Shown here piece by piece: positions 62,001 to 64,000 of a DNA stretch of 64,000 nucleotides. The number at the start of each line of letters is the position of its first letter. The stretch's first letter is position 1. The notes under the pieces are model-generated. The model did not search any database and was not told where the DNA came from. It saw only the letters and a program-made list of their open reading frames with translations. The stretch covers positions 256,001 to 320,000 of the forward strand of contig CAWCYD010000003.1 of the NCBI GenBank assembly GCA_963799775.1. Reading direction: 5' to 3'. The position numbers and the translations under genes were made by a program. The DNA is from an uncultured archaeon (lineage in GTDB: Archaea; Thermoproteota; Nitrososphaeria; Nitrososphaerales; Gagatemarchaeaceae).

Positions 62001-62437
62001 CAGCCCACGCTTCCTCTGCCGATCACGGAGGCTTGCTTTGCGCAATCCTCGCACTCGCAGATCTCAAGGAGGTAGTCGTAGGGGTAGATCCCGCTGCTGT
62101 GCCTGTCCGACCAGACGAAGGAGATGGCGTAACGCCCAATCATCGAGTACCTTACCGCCAGCACGCCCTCGGGCGCCGAGAGTGTGAGAGGGATCACCAA
62201 GGAGGTCCCTATAGCCGGTGGCTCGCCTTTGCAGATCGCACAAGGGCACGCCTCACGTAGAGACTTGTTCTGGTGAATGGACTTGTGCCCATCGCTCCAC
62301 TCGATCACGACCTGGGTGGGGCTGAGCGCGACTTTTCTTGGGATAGGCAAATCGAAGAGGGCCTCGTTGCTTTGTTCCTCTTCGACCTGCTCGTCCTTGA
62401 TAAGTCTTGGGAGGCGAATCGCACAATCTTGAGGCAA
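62000..62437 (-). CDS. DUF971 / GBBH-N-like domain protein (start uncertain)
   Basis: IEWSDGH...LREACPCAIC...GRYA...WSDRHSSGIY. Confidence 0.88.
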   Translation of the reverse strand: MPQDCAIRLPRLIKDEQVEEEQSNEALFDLPIPRKVALSPTQVVIEWSDGHKSIHQNKSLREACPCAICKGEPPAIGTSLVIPLTLSAPEGVLAVRYSMIGRYAISFVWSDRHSSGIYPYDYLLEICECEDCAKQASVIGRGSVG

Positions 62438-62478
62438 GGTTTATCGGGCTCTCTCCGTCGGCGAGCTTCGTATCTCAC

Positions 62479-62871
62479 ATGGCAAAACTTGACGACAAGG
62501 CAAGGACGCTCTTGGAGGGGAAGAATTTCGTTTTTGTTGCGACCGTCAACAAGGATGGGACCCCGCATCTTACTCCTACATGGGTAGACACCGACGGCGA
62601 GAACGTCCTGGTGAACACGGCTCTCGGCAGAAAGAAGGTCGCCAACATCAAGAAGGACGCACGGGCCGTGGTCGGCGTCTTTGACATGTCAAACCCATAT
62701 GAGCACCTGACCATCCAAGGAAAGGTCGTCAAGCAGATAACGGGCAAAGAGGCAGAGGCCCACATCGACAAGATGGCGAAGAAGTATCTTGGCAAGGACG
62801 TCTATCCCTATAGAAGGCCAGGCGAGAAGAGGGTGATCTTCGTGATAAAGCCCCTCAAGACCTACGCCTGA
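62479..62871 (+). CDS. PPOX-class F420-dependent oxidoreductase
   Basis: ATVNKDGTPHLTPTWVD...NTALGRKKVAN...MAKKYLG..YP...EKRV. Confidence 0.9.
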   Translation: MAKLDDKARTLLEGKNFVFVATVNKDGTPHLTPTWVDTDGENVLVNTALGRKKVANIKKDARAVVGVFDMSNPYEHLTIQGKVVKQITGKEAEAHIDKMAKKYLGKDVYPYRRPGEKRVIFVIKPLKTYA

Positions 62872-63013
62872 CGGGTGCTCGCGCCATCCCAACCTGCATC
62901 TGCAACGTCTGTAAGCACCTCAACTCCGCCTCTTGTTCGCGGTGTACCTGCTGCTCCTACAAGAAGGTGGCCTGCGTCCAGAACGAGAACGGCAGCACCT
63001 AGCGCTAGTCGGC

Positions 63014-64000
63014 CTAGAACCCCGCTGGCTCACCGTCTCCGCGGATATCGCTCACAGCGACTTTCCCACCGGGGGTAAGCTCAATGCCCTGGGCGACGCC
63101 TTGGCGCGAGGGATAGTCGACGAGGCGCATCCCCGGGACGTCTCCTCCTAACCGGTATCCCCTCTCCACCAAGGTCTCCTCGCCGTCCCAGACGAAGCGC
63201 GGGTATCTCAAGCACTTCTCGATGTCCATCGAGTAGTCGATGACGTTGGAGGCGAAGAGCGCATGCAGCTGAGGCCGGCGTTCTCCGCCGCTCGTCCCAA
63301 TCGCGAGATACGGCGCCTCTCCCTCTCCCTTCGCGAGGAGGAGGGCCGAAAGCGTGTGGACCGGCCTCTTCCTCGGCGCCAGGGCGTTCGGCCCTGAGAG
63401 CTTGAATGCCGAGGCCCTGTTGTTCATGAAGAACCCTGATCTCGGCAGATACACCCTAGAGCCGAACGGATGAAAGAGACTCTGGATGCACGAGAGCAGG
63501 TTCCCTTCGCTATCTGAGACAGCGAAGTACGTGGTGTCTCCCTCTGCGACACGCGAGGTTGCTGGCGTGGGGCCAGAGTCAAGGAAGGTCGAGAGGTCGA
63601 AGGGGACGAACCTCGGGTCTCCAAGGCGCTCGTCCTTGGCACTCATCGCCGCCTTCGTCGCCTCGGTGACCAACCTCACCCTCTCGAGCGAGTCCGGCGG
63701 TGGAGGGTGCTCCCGTTCTATCCTCTTGAGGATGAGGAGGGTCGCCGCGCCCATGCTGTTCGGAGGGACCTCGAAGACCTCTCGTCCCCGATATCCGACC
63801 TTGAGCGGTTCCACCCACTCCGGCTTGAGCTCAAGGTCTTGGCGACTGACGTCCACTCCTCCGGCGCCGAGCACCTCCGAAATCTCATCGGCCGCATCTC
63901 CTCGATAGAACTCCTCGGCGCCGCCGTCTGCGACCTCCCTCAGTCGCTCCGCCAGGGCACTCTGTTTGAACAAAGCTCCGGCCTGCGGCCCGAGGCCTTC
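63014..64000 (-). CDS. ggt: gamma-glutamyltransferase family protein (5' part outside the window)
   Basis: FYRG, PPNSMG, GDTTYF, IQSLFHPFGS, NNR, KRPVHTL, GTSGG. Confidence 0.92.
   Translation of the reverse strand, partial: EGLGPQAGALFKQSALAERLREVADGGAEEFYRGDAADEISEVLGAGGVDVSRQDLELKPEWVEPLKVGYRGREVFEVPPNSMGAATLLILKRIEREHPPPPDSLERVRLVTEATKAAMSAKDERLGDPRFVPFDLSTFLDSGPTPATSRVAEGDTTYFAVSDSEGNLLSCIQSLFHPFGSRVYLPRSGFFMNNRASAFKLSGPNALAPRKRPVHTLSALLLAKGEGEAPYLAIGTSGGERRPQLHALFASNVIDYSMDIEKCLRYPRFVWDGEETLVERGYRLGGDVPGMRLVDYPSRQGVAQGIELTPGGKVAVSDIRGDGEPAGF

Noticed and set aside
1234-63908. Many long overlapping or antisense ORFs in the six-frame track (e.g. 1278-2597, 30164-31186, 56916-57866)
   Set aside because: Shadow ORFs of high-GC coding strands with no recognisable motifs
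1-64000. CRISPR array, rRNA genes or an integrase gene
   Set aside because: No regularly spaced repeats, rRNA signatures or tyrosine/serine recombinase motifs were seen

Overview
High-GC archaeal DNA, most likely a non-ammonia-oxidising, probably acidophilic Thaumarchaeota/Nitrososphaerota lineage. Evidence: unsplit rpoA and rpoB, EF-1alpha with the eocyte insertion, a sedolisin and a kdpABC operon. Core content: pyrBI, cystathionine synthase/lyase, kdpABC, acnA, rpoH-rpoB-rpoA-rpl30e-nusA-rps12-rps7, tuf, hisC, lhr and ggt. Many genes, including essential ones, carry single frameshifts. These cluster at GGWCC sites and look like long-read errors caused by DNA methylation. Accessory content: (1) a GT2/nucleotidyltransferase/methyltransferase/GT-C operon; (2) tRNA-Leu(TAG) with a 59/60 BHB intron, followed by two intron-less copies of its 3' end; (3) a 4.2-kb island bounded by a 15-bp direct repeat, holding an 835-bp element with 110-bp perfect TIRs and a DUF4417/TGT-like enzyme coupled to a 'GRG'-leader protein and a possible immunity protein (best candidate for an undescribed system); (4) a tnpB-only IS200/IS605 element with readable TAM and guide; (5) two DDE insertion sequences; (6) a FYVE-like 8-Cys zinc finger. 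Family assignments come from motif recognition only; no searches were run.
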